64,000 nucleotides of DNA, taken from the human T2T-CHM13v2.0 reference genome, Homo sapiens. The notes under the pieces are model-generated. The model was not told where the DNA came from and did not search any database. It saw only the letters and a program-made list of their open reading frames with translations. Positions 32,575-55,935 of the stretch are shown one piece after another. The position numbers and the translations under genes are program-made. The number at the start of each line of letters is the position of its first letter. The first letter of the stretch is position 1. The stretch lies in NCBI RefSeq assembly GCF_009914755.1, contig NC_060929.1; one strand, written 5' to 3'.

Positions 32575-33420
32575 AACAATCCCATCAAAAAGCAGGCTAA
32601 GGACATGAATAGATAATTCTCAAAAGAAGATATACAAATGGCCAACAAACATATGGAAAAATGCTTAACATCACTAATGATCAGGGAAATGGAAATCAAA
32701 ACCACAGTGCGATACCACCTCACTCCTGCAAGAATGACCATAATAAAATAATAATAATAAAAAAAAAGATGTTGGCATGGATGCCGTGAAAAGAGAATAA
32801 TTTTTCACTCTTAGTGGGAATGCAAACTAGTACAACCACTATGGAAAACAGTGGAGCTTCTTAAAGAACTAAAAGTAGATCTACCGGTTGATCCAACAGT
32901 CCCACTACTAGGTATCTACCCAGAGGAAAAGAAATCATTATACAAAAAAGATACTTGCACACGCATGTTTACAGCAGCACAATTTGCAATTGCAAAAATA
33001 TAAAACCAGCCCAAATGCCCATTAATCAATGAGTGGATAAAGAAAATGTGGTATATATATACCATGGAATACTACTCAGCCATAAAAAGGAGTGAAATAA
33101 TGGCATTTGCAGCAACCTGGATGGAATTGGAGACTATTATTCTATGTGAAGTAACTTGGGAATGGAAAACCAAACATTGTATGTTCTGTCTCATATGTGG
33201 GAGCTAAGCTATTAGGACGCAAAGGCATAAGAATGATACATTGGACTTTGGGGGTTTGGGGGAAAGGGCAGGAATAAGGTGAGGGATAAGCCTACATATT
33301 GGGTGCAGTGTACACTCCTCAGGTGATGGGTGCACCAAAATCTCAGAAATCATCACTAAAGAACTTATTCATGTAATCAAACACCACCTGTTCCCCAAAA
33401 ACCTACTGAAATAAAAAAAT
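32575..33420 (+). mobile_element. 5'-truncated L1PB-like 3' end
   Basis: ORF2 tail plus 3'UTR ...gggtgcaccaaaatctcagaaatcatcactaaagaactt...aataaaaaaa. Confidence 0.8.
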
Positions 33421-33739
33421 AAATTTTTTTTTAAAAAGCTGATTAAAAAAAGTTCAACAGAATTCTAGGTATGTGAATATTAAATATTTCTTTCAAAAAA
33501 TAAGTGTAATTTGTCTAAAGATGTTCACCTGAATCATGTTTCTTGAGGTGAGTGGTGTGTGTGGGGCTGATCTTACCATCTCTTCCCATTCCCTTTTCTT
33601 TCTTTCCTGTTTGTCCTCCTTCGACTATTAGTCCTAAGTGAATCAATTATGCTCAGTGAAGTTGCCTGTATTGCACTTTTGTTTGTTTGTTTGTTTTTGT
33701 TTTCTTCTTTGTATCTGGTTCTAGAAAAAGTGCACATTA

Positions 33740-33961
<222 letters not shown>

Positions 33962-34337
33962 TCACAATGCTTTCCCACCCCTGGACTAGGGGATGTTGTG
34001 TAAGGGAAAAACAGGCAGCCCTATGCTCACATTTTAGCCTTGGGATCCATGGGGACATGCAGATGATGTGGGCCAGTAAGTAATGCCACAAAATCTTGTC
34101 AACACTCCCCCCATAAGAAAAAATAGGCCATAAGAATAAAAAGTGAAAAATACCATATTTCACTGATTCTAAAACACGATCTCTGAAATCAGGATGCATC
34201 TTGCAGTAGATGTGTGTTACAATTGTTCTTGGCCAGACAGTACTTGTGATGTAGTTGCTATTGTCTGTACATTCACATGTGCTGCCTGGTTCAGATATAG
34301 CTCTTTATATTACCATCATTTTAGTAAAGTTACACGT

Positions 34338-34398
34338 ATTATTGGAACTATTACTTTTAATGGTAAAAACAGCAATTACTTTTGCACCAACCTAATAC
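34338..34398. mobile_element. MADE1 (Hsmar1-derived MITE), partial
   Basis: ttacttttaatggtaaaaacagcaattacttttgcaccaacctaata. Confidence 0.75.
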
Positions 34399-35031
34399 GT
34401 GTTGACTAAACGGTGTTTAAAGTGTCTTTAAAAATGTTGCACTATAATTTTACATTGGAATGAAAAGTTATGCAAAATGCAGGGAAACAGAATGATGGGA
34501 TATGAAATGAAAATTCATACTTCATAATCCTAAAAGAGTTCTTTTGATAAGTACAGAATAAAAATTTTAAAGTTTAAGAAAGCATTGATTCACTGCTTAC
34601 TTTGGAGTTCTTTTCTGTTTTCTCAATGGTATGCAAAAAATTGCTTTTTTTCAATTGCTGAAGTCTCAGAATTTATGAAATATGGTATTTATTTTTATTT
34701 TTCTTTTTTCCCTGGTGGCCTTGAAGATCACAAGATTCCAGCCTCTCTAGAAAGATCTCAATGATAGAAACCAAAGATAATATAGTAGTTCCTCTAGGAA
34801 AGAAAGCATAGCCCCTTATTCTTTAAGTGACTATTCTGTGTAGCTACACTGGATACTGGCTCAAGAAGAACTATGGTGTCACGGCTTAGGGAGAGTAGAG
34901 CCTTGTAGAGCCTTGTTTCTTCATGGACAATGGATGCTATGACAGAAAGCACAGACCCTGACTTCTGCAGCACCGCTCCTGGAGTCTGGGATTAGGACCA
35001 CTGTGGAAGATGCTTCCTGATTGGCCGTTTA

Positions 35032-35244
<213 letters not shown>

Positions 35245-35691
35245 TCAGGCAGTCTCATTTTCTCCAAGGCCATCTTCTCTCTGGGCTGATTTTCAACTTT
35301 GTTTTCTCCACCAGTAAAAACACACAGAAAAGGGAGGGTTTATTGTCTGGAAATTTCTCAACTCAGGGCCTGCCATGTTAGTCCTGTGACTGCCAGGGGA
35401 CACTAGTCATGTAAAATAAAATGTTTTCAGCATTGGGGTTTTTCAACAAAAAGGGTCCTTTGGATATCTTACAGACTTATCTAGAAATATAGATACATAG
35501 GTTTTTTGGGGGGTTGATGAGAAATTTGCTTCTAAAAATGATCAGCCACAGACAAAAGTAGAGCCATAACTATAAACTGGAGTAAAGTTAGGGTATGAGA
35601 GAAGAAAGAGGTGTCATTAATGTGACAGCACCAAGCTCCAGGTGGGGATAGATCATAAAGATGGCGCAGTCTCAGGCAAGTGATGGGTTCA

Positions 35692-35907
<216 letters not shown>

Positions 35908-36347
35908 CTAAAATCACATTATGACTAATGACAATTTCAAGGGCAGATGGACATGCTGCCATGCCTGGGGATAAGAAAGATGTTTTACATAACAATTCAG
36001 CATTCTAGCCTTGGGTTACAGAACTTTGTTAAAGTCCACTAAGATGGGAACCTCTCATGTAGGTGCATTCTAGGCCACCAGAAAGAGGAGAATATTCACT
36101 TTTTAATATTCTCTTATTCCTATGGCATATTGTTAAAAATATTATTATGCAATACATATATATCTTATATATATGAAAAGCACTTGGAAAAACATTACTT
36201 GTGATTCAAATACCAATTGTTAAGTTGTTATTCAGATGAGCTATTTTCAACCTTTGTTTGCTATCTTGCTCTCAAACCGTAAATCCCTCCCCAGTGCCTT
36301 TCAGAGTGGCCTTCCCTAGGAGAAGGAATCAGTTCAATAAGGATCTA

Positions 36348-36506
<159 letters not shown>

Positions 36507-38031
36507 CTAAAGAGAAAAAAGCCAAGTCAAACATTAAGTTGCCATTTTCCCTCTATGTGAATGACTCAGAACAGGTATCTGTCGTGGATGGGCAGCTGAT
36601 GAATTCTAAATAATGTTAAAAATAATAATTGATTTCACATGTGGCCTATTTCTCACTCAGGAGGATTGTTCATGAATTGGCTATTTGTTCCTAATTAAAT
36701 TTAGGAAACATTTTGTGAAAGGGTGTATTATGACAGGTGCTGTGTTTGCCATTGTCGGAATTTACCAAAGATGAAAAAGATGTACCCTTTTTGCAAAATG
36801 AGTGATCCAATAAAGAATATCAATCATAGACCTAAAGGCCTGTAGTCAAGGCAGTCTATGGCAAATGGTATACATGAGGTGCATACAACCGACAGGGGAA
36901 TCCAGGAGGAACTGAGTCACATTGGAGGGCCATTTGGTTTGGGTCTTGAAGCATTTGTAGAAATTTCAAAAGGCAAGGTGGAGACAGATGGTGGGAAAGG
37001 GCATCCTTGTCAGAAAGAAGAACACAGATAAAGATGTAAAGTTAAAAGACATGAGTATAGGTGGAGCACAGAGGATTTTTAGGGCAGTGCAACCACTCTG
37101 TATGATCTTATACTGGTGGATACATGTCATTATACATTTGTCAAACCCATAGACTGTACAACACCAGGAGTGAACCCTGGAACTGCAGTCCATGGAACTG
37201 TGGACTTTGGGTGATAGCGATGTGTCAATGTAGGTTTACTGATCGTAACAAATCTACTCTGGTGGGAGATATTGACAGTCGGGAGGCTGTGCGTATGTGA
37301 GGGGAGCGGGTAGATGGGAACTGTGCTTAATTTTGCTGTGAACCTAAAACTGCTCTAAAAAATCTATTTTTTAAAAATCACGGGAACATGGGCATAAGAA
37401 AATGCTGAGATTTCTAGTGTAGGAGAATGGTCCAGGTTGGAGTGCAGAGAGAATGAAGATAATAAAAGAAAGATGACTTGATAGAAAAGATGAACCCAGA
37501 TCTCAGAGCACCGGATGCCACCTTTAGGAATTTGGATGTTAATCTGTTGGCAGTAGGGAACGATATCATACATTTGGATTTTTGACATGGACACAGGCAT
37601 ATATCTATCTTAAAGTAACTCTGCTTCTAGTAGACATTTCTATTATTTTGGATAGACATTTAAGTTAGACATTTATTTTAAATATATTTTCTCTGAATTA
37701 TAATTCCTTAGTTATAAATAGCCCCCATTTATGATTACCACAGATTTCCAGGTCAATGATGCTTGGAGAGGATTTAGGTCCCTATTGTAAGCCTTTACCT
37801 ATTGTGTGAACAACTCTTTATGCTATACACACAAATATATGGGCATTCCACATTTATCAATTTTGGCTGTCTCATGTCTATCCCAGTGCCTACCACATAG
37901 TAGGTGCTCAATAAATGTTTTCAAAAACACTTATTGAAAAGTAATTAGCACAGAGGTAATTTTCAATGCCCTTAACACAAAAGCTGTGCTTTGGAGAGTT
38001 TTTAAATTGAGGGTAGTTGACTGGACTATAG

Positions 38032-38421
<390 letters not shown>

Positions 38422-39002
38422 TAACTTGTATTCTATTTTTGACTTCAGAAGAGAAAAGAGAGGCATTTCCATTTGGAGCTCTTAACCAAGCTTCCTGAAT
38501 TTAAATCCTGTTCACTCTGCTTAACTCTCCAGTTGGGAAGAAGAATTGAGGACTTTCCCCAATCCAGTGGCAGCCTTGCTTATCAGACAATGAACACTAT
38601 GGGGTGTGGGAGAAAAGCCTGAAGGGTAGCAGTGAAATTAGAAACTCCTGCCCTTGACTCCTGCCCTTGGTGGTTGTCTCAAAGTCATCCACATGGTCAC
38701 TCTTATCCTTACATCTCTAACAACCCTGTTTTCCATCATCCAAATGGCCTCGGTTCAGAGCTGCTTCCTCTAGCCAGAAAGAGACAGTTTGAACAGCTTT
38801 TATATTAAAAGACAAGAGAGGCAATTGAGACAGGTCCTCAACGTGAGCCTTGTTGTTAAACACACAACGTAGGTCTCTAATGAGGCCTCTTGAGGTTGTG
38901 CAAGCCTTTGCATGCTGCCCATCAGTGGACAAACAGAGAAAGTGGCTGACTTGGCATTTCAGAAGTGATAGAAATCTGTTCAGTTGTTAAAACTGGCTAT
39001 CA

Positions 39003-39191
<189 letters not shown>

Positions 39192-40772
39192 TCAACCACC
39201 CCATTTTATATCTAGATACTTACAACATGCTGTTGTGGTTTGTTTTGGGTATTAGAAACCACTGAACTTTTCAACAGTTTTGATTGAGGCCACAGAAACT
39301 AGAGAAAATACTAGAACAGGGCATAGACATGACCTTTTATTACTAAGCAAACTTTCCGTGGAGTTGCCTTTTTTATCATTTCATATTTATTGAATCCTAA
39401 GCCTGCTAAGGCAATTTTCTCTCCAAGCCTAAAGTTATAGCATACAGCATAGGGAAAAATAATGCAGAATGTTTACATAGCAATATGTACATTATAAAGT
39501 CCTTTTACAAACATTCATATATCATAGAAACATGACTTGAATCTGCCACATAATACCTAAACCTTGAGAATTCAGGAAAATCTATCAATATGTATTAAGT
39601 ACCATGCTGAATACTCAGGTGGTGGACAGTGTACATATGGAGTATGGATTATTATGAGCCTTGTTTCTTGCTCTTCCATATTTCAATATTAAGAACAGTC
39701 CATAAAAGGTCAATAAAATGGAAAAACTTTGCAATTGTTGTCTCTAGGTACAAGAAGTATACAGAATGCTTGGTCGATAGCAGTGTGTGATTTTGAGTGT
39801 GTATGTCTGTGTGTGCGCATTAATGAAAAAGGAGTAGGAAAGCAGGTGAAAATTTGGTGTTTGAATGAGTTCCAGGATCATTATCTGGGGATTTAACTAA
39901 GCAAGATGGTAATGATTATGAGTTTGTAGACACTAGAGCGTTCCTATTTACAATGGTCTTCCCTTTGCATTAAGTAGCCAGATGATATTGAGAAAATATG
40001 AACTCCTTTCCTTGAATATTTGCACATCCAAACCATTTGCTGAGTTATTAGATCAAAGGACTATACCATGGCTACCATTCTATGTAACTCCAAATGCTTG
40101 CCGGTTGTCCAAGCTTCATGGTTAGCTGTTTTGTCTCACAGTGGGATGGATGTTGATTCAGGAGCAAAGGAAGGAAGGGAACTCATGTTTTTGAGCGCCT
40201 ATTATGTGTCGGGCACCTTTTAAGGCATTTGACATATTTTCCCTTCCTGTCTCTCAAATGGCTTCTCTGTCATTTGCTGATCAATTACTCATGTCTCTGC
40301 TACAGCCACCTTCCTTGTTTCTAATTGCCTCATTTGATAGCTGGAGTCTTGCAGTTTCCTACAAACTGACTTCCCTAATTTTGCTCTTAACAGTCTATAT
40401 TCAAGTCTCCACATAGCTGCCAGAGTGGCCCCTCAGAAATTTAAGTCTGGTTGTGTTTTTCCTCTCAGAACCACTGTTAGCCTAGAAGAGGCATTTGCAC
40501 ACTAGGAATATGAGCCCCGTCCTCAAGATATTTCACTTCTCTCTGTGAGTGTATTGTCATAACGTACTGATTTTGCTGGATCCTTTACTGCTACCTGTGG
40601 AAAATTGCCATAACACCAATATAAATCTGTAATGTCTACATTATGAATGATGTTGTCTTACATGAGGGTGCCCTTTTGCATTTCAAAATTGGCATAATTA
40701 TGTGTGGTGGCCTGACTCTTCTGAGAACCCTCCATTGGCTTTTGATTTCAAATAGAGCAAAAAACAAGTTCC

Positions 40773-41035
40773 AAACACTGCATGTTCTCACTCATAGGTG
40801 GGAATTGAACAATGAGAACACATGGACACAGGAAGGGGAACATCACACACCAGGGCCTGTTGTGGGGTAGGGGGGTGTGGAGGGATAGCATTAGGAGATA
40901 TACCTAATGTTAAATGATGAGTTAATGGGTGCAGCACACCAACATGGCACATGTATACATATGCAACAAACCTGCACGTTGTAAACATGTACCCTAGAAC
41001 TTAAAATATAATAAAACAAACAAACAAACAAAAAA
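40773..41035 (+). mobile_element. Short 5'-truncated L1PA 3' end
   Basis: L1PA 3'UTR with (AAAC)n tail; TSD-like AAAAAC(C)AAGTTCC. Confidence 0.88.
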
Positions 41036-41764
41036 ACCAAGTTCCTTAAAAAGGCCCAGAAGGCCCTTGGATCAGCCTCCAGTTATCTCTTGGATCTCAT
41101 TAACCCCTCTTTCTACACTTCAGGGGCTTTGCACTTGCTGTTTTCCCTCTGCCTGGAATTCTTTTTTCCAGATATTTCCATGATTATCTCTTTCAGGGTG
41201 TTCTTCTCCAGAGGATCACCTCTTACCTCTTCTTTATTCCCTTTCTTGACTTTATTTTTCTCAGTTATCATTATCTGATATTATGCTTATTTTTGGATTT
41301 CCTTTACTAAGATACAAGCTCAGTGAAACAGGAATTGTATTTTCTGCTTTCTTAGTGCCTAGAATAGAGCTTTACATATGGTAGGTGCTCAGGAGAAGGA
41401 AGGTAAATGAATGCATGACTGAATGAGTGATTGAATTGATTGGCCAGTCCTCACAACAACCACAAAATGGTCTTTTGTTTTTGTTTCTTGAGGATGAGGA
41501 GACTGAACTTCAATCAGTGCACACAGAGTGCATCTGATTAACTCCAAAGCTCTTGTTCCTTCCACTCCAACCCACAGCATCCCACATTTTGGGAAAGGAC
41601 ACTTGGTCTACAAAGTTTCCCACTATCTGAAATGATCAGTAATGAGTGTTGACTAGGCATGTGTACTCTAAGTTAGAAAATGACAGGACCACGGGTCCCT
41701 CATTCAGCTTGAATATCTATCTTCTTTGCAGTGGGGAGTATGTAGCTTACTCATTTGGAAATCA

Positions 41765-41929
<165 letters not shown>

Positions 41930-42923
41930 TTAAGTGTTCAAAGACCTGATAGGGGTTGAAGAGGCTGGCTATATTTTGATATGACACTAAATTAGCTGCT
42001 GTCTGATGAGATGGTGAACATAAGCGCTAACACATACTGAGTGGTTTCTACATGCTGGGCACCATGCAGATACTCTGCATACAATAATCTCATTTATTAC
42101 TCATAAACATTATCTGAGGTAGACTCTCCTGTTCTCGTCTTGGTTTTGCAGATGAGAAAGCGGGAACAGAGATGTGAAGACATTGCCCAAGGCACACGGT
42201 GAATAAAAATAGGAGAGTCTGAATTTCAACCCTGGTCTGTCTGACACAAATGCCCAGGTTCCAACTACTCTGCTATGCTGCTATCTCTCTTGGATTTCTA
42301 TTCTTCAGTGAGCTCCCTCATTGGGGAAACTGAAAAGTAACTACTGTAATGAGAAGTTTACATCAGCAACTGTGTAAGTGATTGTTGATATCAATTTATA
42401 AATGCAGACCTAACCAATAAAGATTTTCTGTTTATTATTTGAATGTATATTAATCATGGAAACTAACACATGAACCATTCTATGGAAGGCAGCCTAGCCC
42501 AGTGGGACACACGTGGACTTTGAAGTCAGATGCCCCTGAGCTCAAAGCCCAGCTACTCTACTTTCAGTGGTCCAAGTAACTGAAAACTTCTTAATTTCAG
42601 ACTCCTCATTTTCAAAACTGAGAAGTGTCCATGAGTATCGATGGTATTTAATTTAGTATCACACTTGTTACTTGTGTCTAGTAGGTGTTTTAGTAATACA
42701 TGTTCTTTCTCTCCACCAAGCTTGTTTCTTCCATCGGCGAAAATGTCGATGTAAATTATAAAGTATGGGCGTTCTATTAACAAAGAGTGTTTGAGGACCT
42801 GAATTTTTCATATTTTAGGAAAATGAAGTGGGCTAAAGGAAAAATAGGTAGAACAATAATAGAATCCAAATTCCTTTCTTCCTATGAGTTCCCTACTGGC
42901 ATATTTCTGTTACTACTGTAATG

Positions 42924-43208
<285 letters not shown>

Positions 43209-44071
43209 GGAATGGTTCTTTAGTTCTCACTTCCTTAATTCTATTTTTTTCCTGACTTGGTAAAAACATATATCTTTAATCAATTATCTTCCTATATCCC
43301 AAAGGACTTTTGTACCTACTTTGACTCTGCTGAAGAGTTTTTTCTTTTCTTTTGACTGATTATCTCTTTCCCCCAACCAAATCCTACCTTTTGGCTTTAA
43401 CACACTTATAAAATGTGAATATTGGAACTGCAATATCTCTGTGTCCCCAGCATTAGAACAGTGCCTGACACATGGAAAGGCACTCAATAAATATTTTGAA
43501 TACCTAAAGAATGATGTGTGGAACATAGGCAGGCATAAGGTGGCATTAAGTCTAGACTGTTTCTGGCTGCGTCTACTCTGCAGAACTGCACACACACAAC
43601 GTAGGGCTGTCCTTGGTGAAACATGGACTCAATTAACCTGGACAGGGAGCCCTGATTGTTGGTTTCAGCCTGAGACGGAGGTTTAAAAATTCCTAATATT
43701 TTGTGGTATTGACAGTTATTCACATGTACTTGGAGAGCAGGAGGAGCTCCTGCTCTGAAAATTTCCACAAAGTTCTGTCTCTTAGAGAGCTTTGAAAGGC
43801 ACTTAGTACCACGATAATAGTGCAATTTTCTCTGAAGAAAACCATGTGATAGAGGAAGCATTGCTAATATGCCCAATTGCTTAGTGATTTAAATCGGAGA
43901 CTCTCAAAACATTTTACCTACTTTAATGGATCTTTATAATGCTTCAGTGTTATTATCTCTATTTTAAAAAATGAGAAAAACAGAGCCACTGAGGAAAGAT
44001 ATACCTGTTTCAGATCTAGGAGACAGATTCTGTGATATAATTAAGGTATTAAAACAGAAATTGCTGAACTA

Positions 44072-44419
<348 letters not shown>

Positions 44420-44750
44420 CTATTGTGATGGGGTAGCTTGGTCATATCCCAGGATGTTCCCAACACTGGATCTCAAGTCTCTTATTTTCTCTCTGCAGGT
44501 CCTTAGAATGAAATTTGATCTTGCACTTTCTCCTAAAAGATGCCTATTTTTAAGGGCAGTGGAGAAGTAAGCATGCATGTAAAGAAAACCCAATAGCTCA
44601 ATTCGTGTGAGCTGCACTCTGAAGTTAGATCTCTCTCCAAAAGTGTTCCGAAAAGCACTTCACTCTGAGATGCACGATCCATCATGCAGGAGTTTTGGAT
44701 TCCAGAGATCTCAGAGATCCCTGCTGTTCACAAGCAATAAAGTCTATTCA

Positions 44751-44897
<147 letters not shown>

Positions 44898-45079
44898 TCA
44901 TATTCATCTAGTTTCATATTCTCTTTTTCTGTCTCTGCCTCTTTTGTAACACGGTGCTCACCTCCCCACAAACAATTTTTAAGTAGATGGCTGTATGTGG
45001 GGCGTGGGTGGGTCCAGCTGGATGTCTTCATGTAAGGAAAATGCAGTAGAGTTTGGAGTGGACATTGAAGAACAGATTA

Positions 45080-45220
<141 letters not shown>

Positions 45221-45292
45221 TCAAATATGTGTGTGTGAGTCTCAGGCTGGGGTGAGAGAGTAAGGCCCCACTGCAGACTGTCATCCTACTTA

Positions 45293-45526
<234 letters not shown>

Positions 45527-45758
45527 TCACATCTGACCAGGCAACTAACGTGTCACATTTTCTGACACGTTGGGATGTTGAGAAAGGTGGTGACAGGAGT
45601 AGGGAGAGATGGGAACACAGAATCAGACTGCATTGGTGAGCATACTCAATACGCCTCCATTCTTTAGATTAGATTGATGAACAAATCATCACTCACTTTG
45701 TGTTCCTTAACACTATTATATGATCTGTGACAGCATTACCTACTTGTTTTCTCCATCT

Positions 45759-45820
45759 TGTGTGTGTGTGTGAGACAGAGAGAGTGAGAAAGAGAGAGAG
45801 AGAGAATGATAGAGAGAGAT
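45759..45820 (+). repeat. (TG)n(GA)n compound microsatellite
   Basis: Direct reading. Confidence 0.85.
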
Positions 45821-47224
45821 ATGTATCTCCTCAACTAGATTGTAAGTCTGCAGCAGTGACTTTTATCAATTTCACGTCTCTTTTCATGTTCTAAATAGTG
45901 ACACATATACTATAGGTTCTTATGAATGCACAAGTGAATAAATGACAATGGAGTGTTTCTTCCTTTCTGCCTTTCTTTCAAATGTTTACTATAGACTTCA
46001 TGAGGATATGAAAAAGTCTAGATATGACTTCAAAAAATGCACATGTTCAATACCCATGAAAAACTCCATTTACTTTTAAATAAATGTAAGTTAAGACAAT
46101 AAGATACCATTAGTCAGCTACCAAATTAGCAAAGCAATTAAAAATGATGACACCATCAGAGAAATAAGATTCTCTTAGAGAGGAATAAAATTCAGTACCA
46201 GCTGGGAAAGCTCTATGTAGTCTTCTTGTCTTTATTGTCTGGCTCACTGCTTTAAAAGAAATTAATGTATCGAAGTATAATTTATGTATAGTAAGCTGCA
46301 TCCATTAAAAAAATTTTGAGAGATGTTCACACTCATGAAAACACTGACGGTTATATAACCAATATGGAATCTTTCTATGATACTCTATTTTTTTTTCTAT
46401 GCTCCTTTGCAGGTTATCTTTTCCTCCCCCTTGACAACCACTGATTTGCTTGCCATCATTAGAGATTAGTTTTCAAGTTCTACAGCTGTGCTGTCTCTAG
46501 CCACATAAGCTCGTGAACATGAGTTGTGGCTGATCCGGATTAAGATGTAACACATGGGATTTTGAAGATTTAGTATGAATAATAATATAAATTATCCAAT
46601 TTTAAAATAATGAATATATGTTGAAATAGTATACTAAATATATTGGATTAAATAAAATATAATATTAAAATTAATTTAATTGTTTCTTTTCACTCTTTTA
46701 AAAGTGGTTACCAGACAGTTTTAAATGACATATGTGACTTGCATTGTATTTCTACTTGACAACACTCTTCTAGAGACTGGTTAATTCTTAATTCAGCTTC
46801 AAGATTGATTTATTTGAGCTTTCTACAAACCTCCCTCATTTTTGTTAACATGGCAACCTGTGCTTTCTCTTATCCTGCCTCTTACCACATTTGGAGAAAT
46901 TATGTGGGTGCTTCTTACATCTGTTTCTCCCAGTAGGCTGAAACTCTGTCAGGGGAGGGTCATATCTTGTTCATCATTGCTCTTTTACAACCTAGTTCAC
47001 TGACTGATATGACATAGATGCCACTTAATAATATTTATTGAATAAAACTATCAACTATCATACTTAAAAGTTCAGAAATTTTTTTTGCCCAAAGGTGTTT
47101 ATCAAAGTATTATTTATAGTTTTTAAAACAGGCAACAATTATATTATAGAAATAGGAGGTTGGTTAAGTAAGATGAGACATATTTATATAAGATATTAGG
47201 CAGCCATTAAAGATATATTTGTTA

Positions 47225-48425
47225 CCTCAATATAATAAATGACATATGTGAAAGCTTATAGCTAACATTATATTCAATGGTGAAAGGCTGAAAACATCCC
47301 CTGTAAGATCAAGAGTAAGACAAGGATACCATTTTTACAACTTCTATTTAGCATAGTGCTGGAAGTTCTAGCCAGAGCAATTAGGCAAGGAAAAATTAAA
47401 AAGGTATCTAAATTGGAAAAGGAGAAGTAAAACTATCTCTGTTTAGAAATGACACAGTCTTATATGTAGGAGCCCTAATGACTCTACCAAAAAACTGTTA
47501 GAACTAATAAATGAATTCAGCAAAGTTGTGAGATACAAAATCAACCTACCAAAATCTGTTGCATTTCTATATACAACTGATTTGTTAAGAAATGAACAAA
47601 CTGAAAAGGAAATGAACAATTTCATTTACAGCAGCATCAAAAAGAATAAAGTACTTAGGAATAAACTTAACCAAGTGAAACACAGAAACACACTAAACAT
47701 TGTTGAAAGAAATGAAAGAAGGCACAAATAATGGAATGACATCCTTTGTTCATGAATTAAACAATATTGTAAAGATGACTAGATCTTAATATCGTTAAGA
47801 ATAGATGTACAGATTTAATGTAATTCCTATCAAAATACCAAGGGTGCTTTTTGTAGAAATAGAAAAATTCATCCTAAAATTCTTGTGAAATCTCTAGAGA
47901 CCCCAAATAGCCAAAACAATTTTGAAGAAGAACAAAGTTGGAGGTCTTATACCTACTGATTTCAAAACTTTTTACAAAAGCACAGTAATCAAAATAGCAT
48001 GTAACTGGCATAAAGACAGACATATAGGCCAGGTATGGTGGTGCGAACCTGTAATCCCAGCATTTTGGGAGGCTGAGGTGGGCTGAGAGCTTGAGCCCAG
48101 GAGTTCGAGACCAGCCTAGACAACATGGCAAAACCATGTCTCTATAAAAATAGAAGAATGAGCTGGGCGTGGTGGTGCTCACCTGTGGTCCCAGATACTT
48201 GGGAAGCTGAGGAGGGAGAATCACTTGAGCCCAGGAGGTCAAGGTGCAGTAAGCCGAGATTGTGCCACTGCACTCCAGCCTGGATGACAGAGTGAGACCC
48301 CGTCTCAAAAAACAAAAGCAAAAAAAGAGACATATAAGCCCATGGAATAGAATAAAGAGCTTATAAGTAAACCATTAAATGAACTACGACAAGGGTGCCA
48401 AGACCATTCCATGGGGAAAGGACAA
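47225..48425 (+). mobile_element. Old L1M ORF2 fragment interrupted by an AluJ (48027-48326)
   Basis: Degenerate ORF2 translation (47528-47731). The Alu is flanked by AGACATATA repeats. Confidence 0.8.
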
Positions 48426-48495
48426 TTTTTTAAAAAACAAATTTTATTGAGTATATTTAAGGTATACAGCATGATGTTATAAGATATACATAGTA

Positions 48496-54625
<6,130 letters not shown>

Positions 54626-54640
54626 AAGATATACGTAGTA

Positions 54641-55935
54641 AAAGGTTACCATAATGAAACAAATTGACCTAGCCATCATCTCACATAGTTATCTGTTTCT
54701 CTCCTGTCCACTCCCACCTCTGCCCCGTGGCAAGAGCAAAAGTAGGAGCAGCTATAATCTACTCACTTAGCAAAATCCTTAATACAATACACTATTATTA
54801 AATATACTCCTAGGTTGTACATTATTAGATCTTTAGACTTATTCATCAGACTTACCTACTACTTTATATCTTTTGACTTACATCTTCCATTTCCTACCCA
54901 CCACTGAGAATAAAACAGTAGCCACTGTTTTTTATTCTCCATTTCTGTATATCTGACATTTTAAAAAATTCCACATACAAGTAAGATTATACAATATTTT
55001 TTTCTGTGTCTGGCTTATTTTACATAGTATAATGTTGTACAGGTCCACTCATGTTGTAACAAATGGCATGATCTCCTTTTTAAAGGCTGAATAATATTCC
55101 ATTGTGGGTATAAATATCACAATGTCTTTATCCATTCATTCATTGACAGACACCTAGGTTGTTTCTATATCTGTGCTATTGTTAATAATGCTGCAATAAA
55201 TATGGAGGTACAGATAACTTAAAATTTTTTTAATTTAAAAAGCCATAGGGGTACAAGTGGTTTTTGTTACATGGATGAGCTGTATAGTAGTGAAGTCTGA
55301 GATTTTAGTGTACTTGTTACCTAAATAGTGTACATTGTACCCCAATAGGTAATTTTTCATCTCTCAGGGAGTGCAGATATCTTTACGAGGTGGTAATTTC
55401 ATTTCCTTTGGGTATATACACAGAAGATAAATTGCTGGGTCATATAGTAATTCTATTTTTAATTTCTTTTGGACCCTCCATCCCATTTTCCATAATGGAT
55501 GCACCAATTTACGTTCCCACCAACAGTGTACAAGGGTTTCCCTTTCTCTCTATTCTTGCTAACATGTGTTAGGGTTTCTTTTTGATAACAGCTATCTTAA
55601 CAGGTATGAGGTAATATCTCAGAGCAGTTTTGATTTGTATTTCCATAATTATGAGTGATATTAAGTATTTTTCATTTGCCTTTTAGCCATTTGCATATCT
55701 TCTTTTGAGAAATGTCTACTCTGGTCCTTTGTCCATTTTTAAATCAGGTTATATATTTTCTTGCTATTGAGTTGTATGAATTCTTTTTAATTTTGGATAT
55801 TAACTCCTTATCAGATACATGGTTTGCAAACATTTTTTCCCAATCCATAGGTTGCCTTTTCATTTTGTTGACTATTCCCTTTGTGCTGCAGAAACTTCAT
55901 AGTTTGATGTAGTGTCATTTATTTATTTTTGCTTT
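54641..55935 (-). mobile_element. Older L1M/L1MA 3' region (host of the L1PA insertion)
   Basis: Antisense L1 3'UTR/ORF2-tail sequence that continues the short piece at ~48430-48495 across the TSD. Confidence 0.75.
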
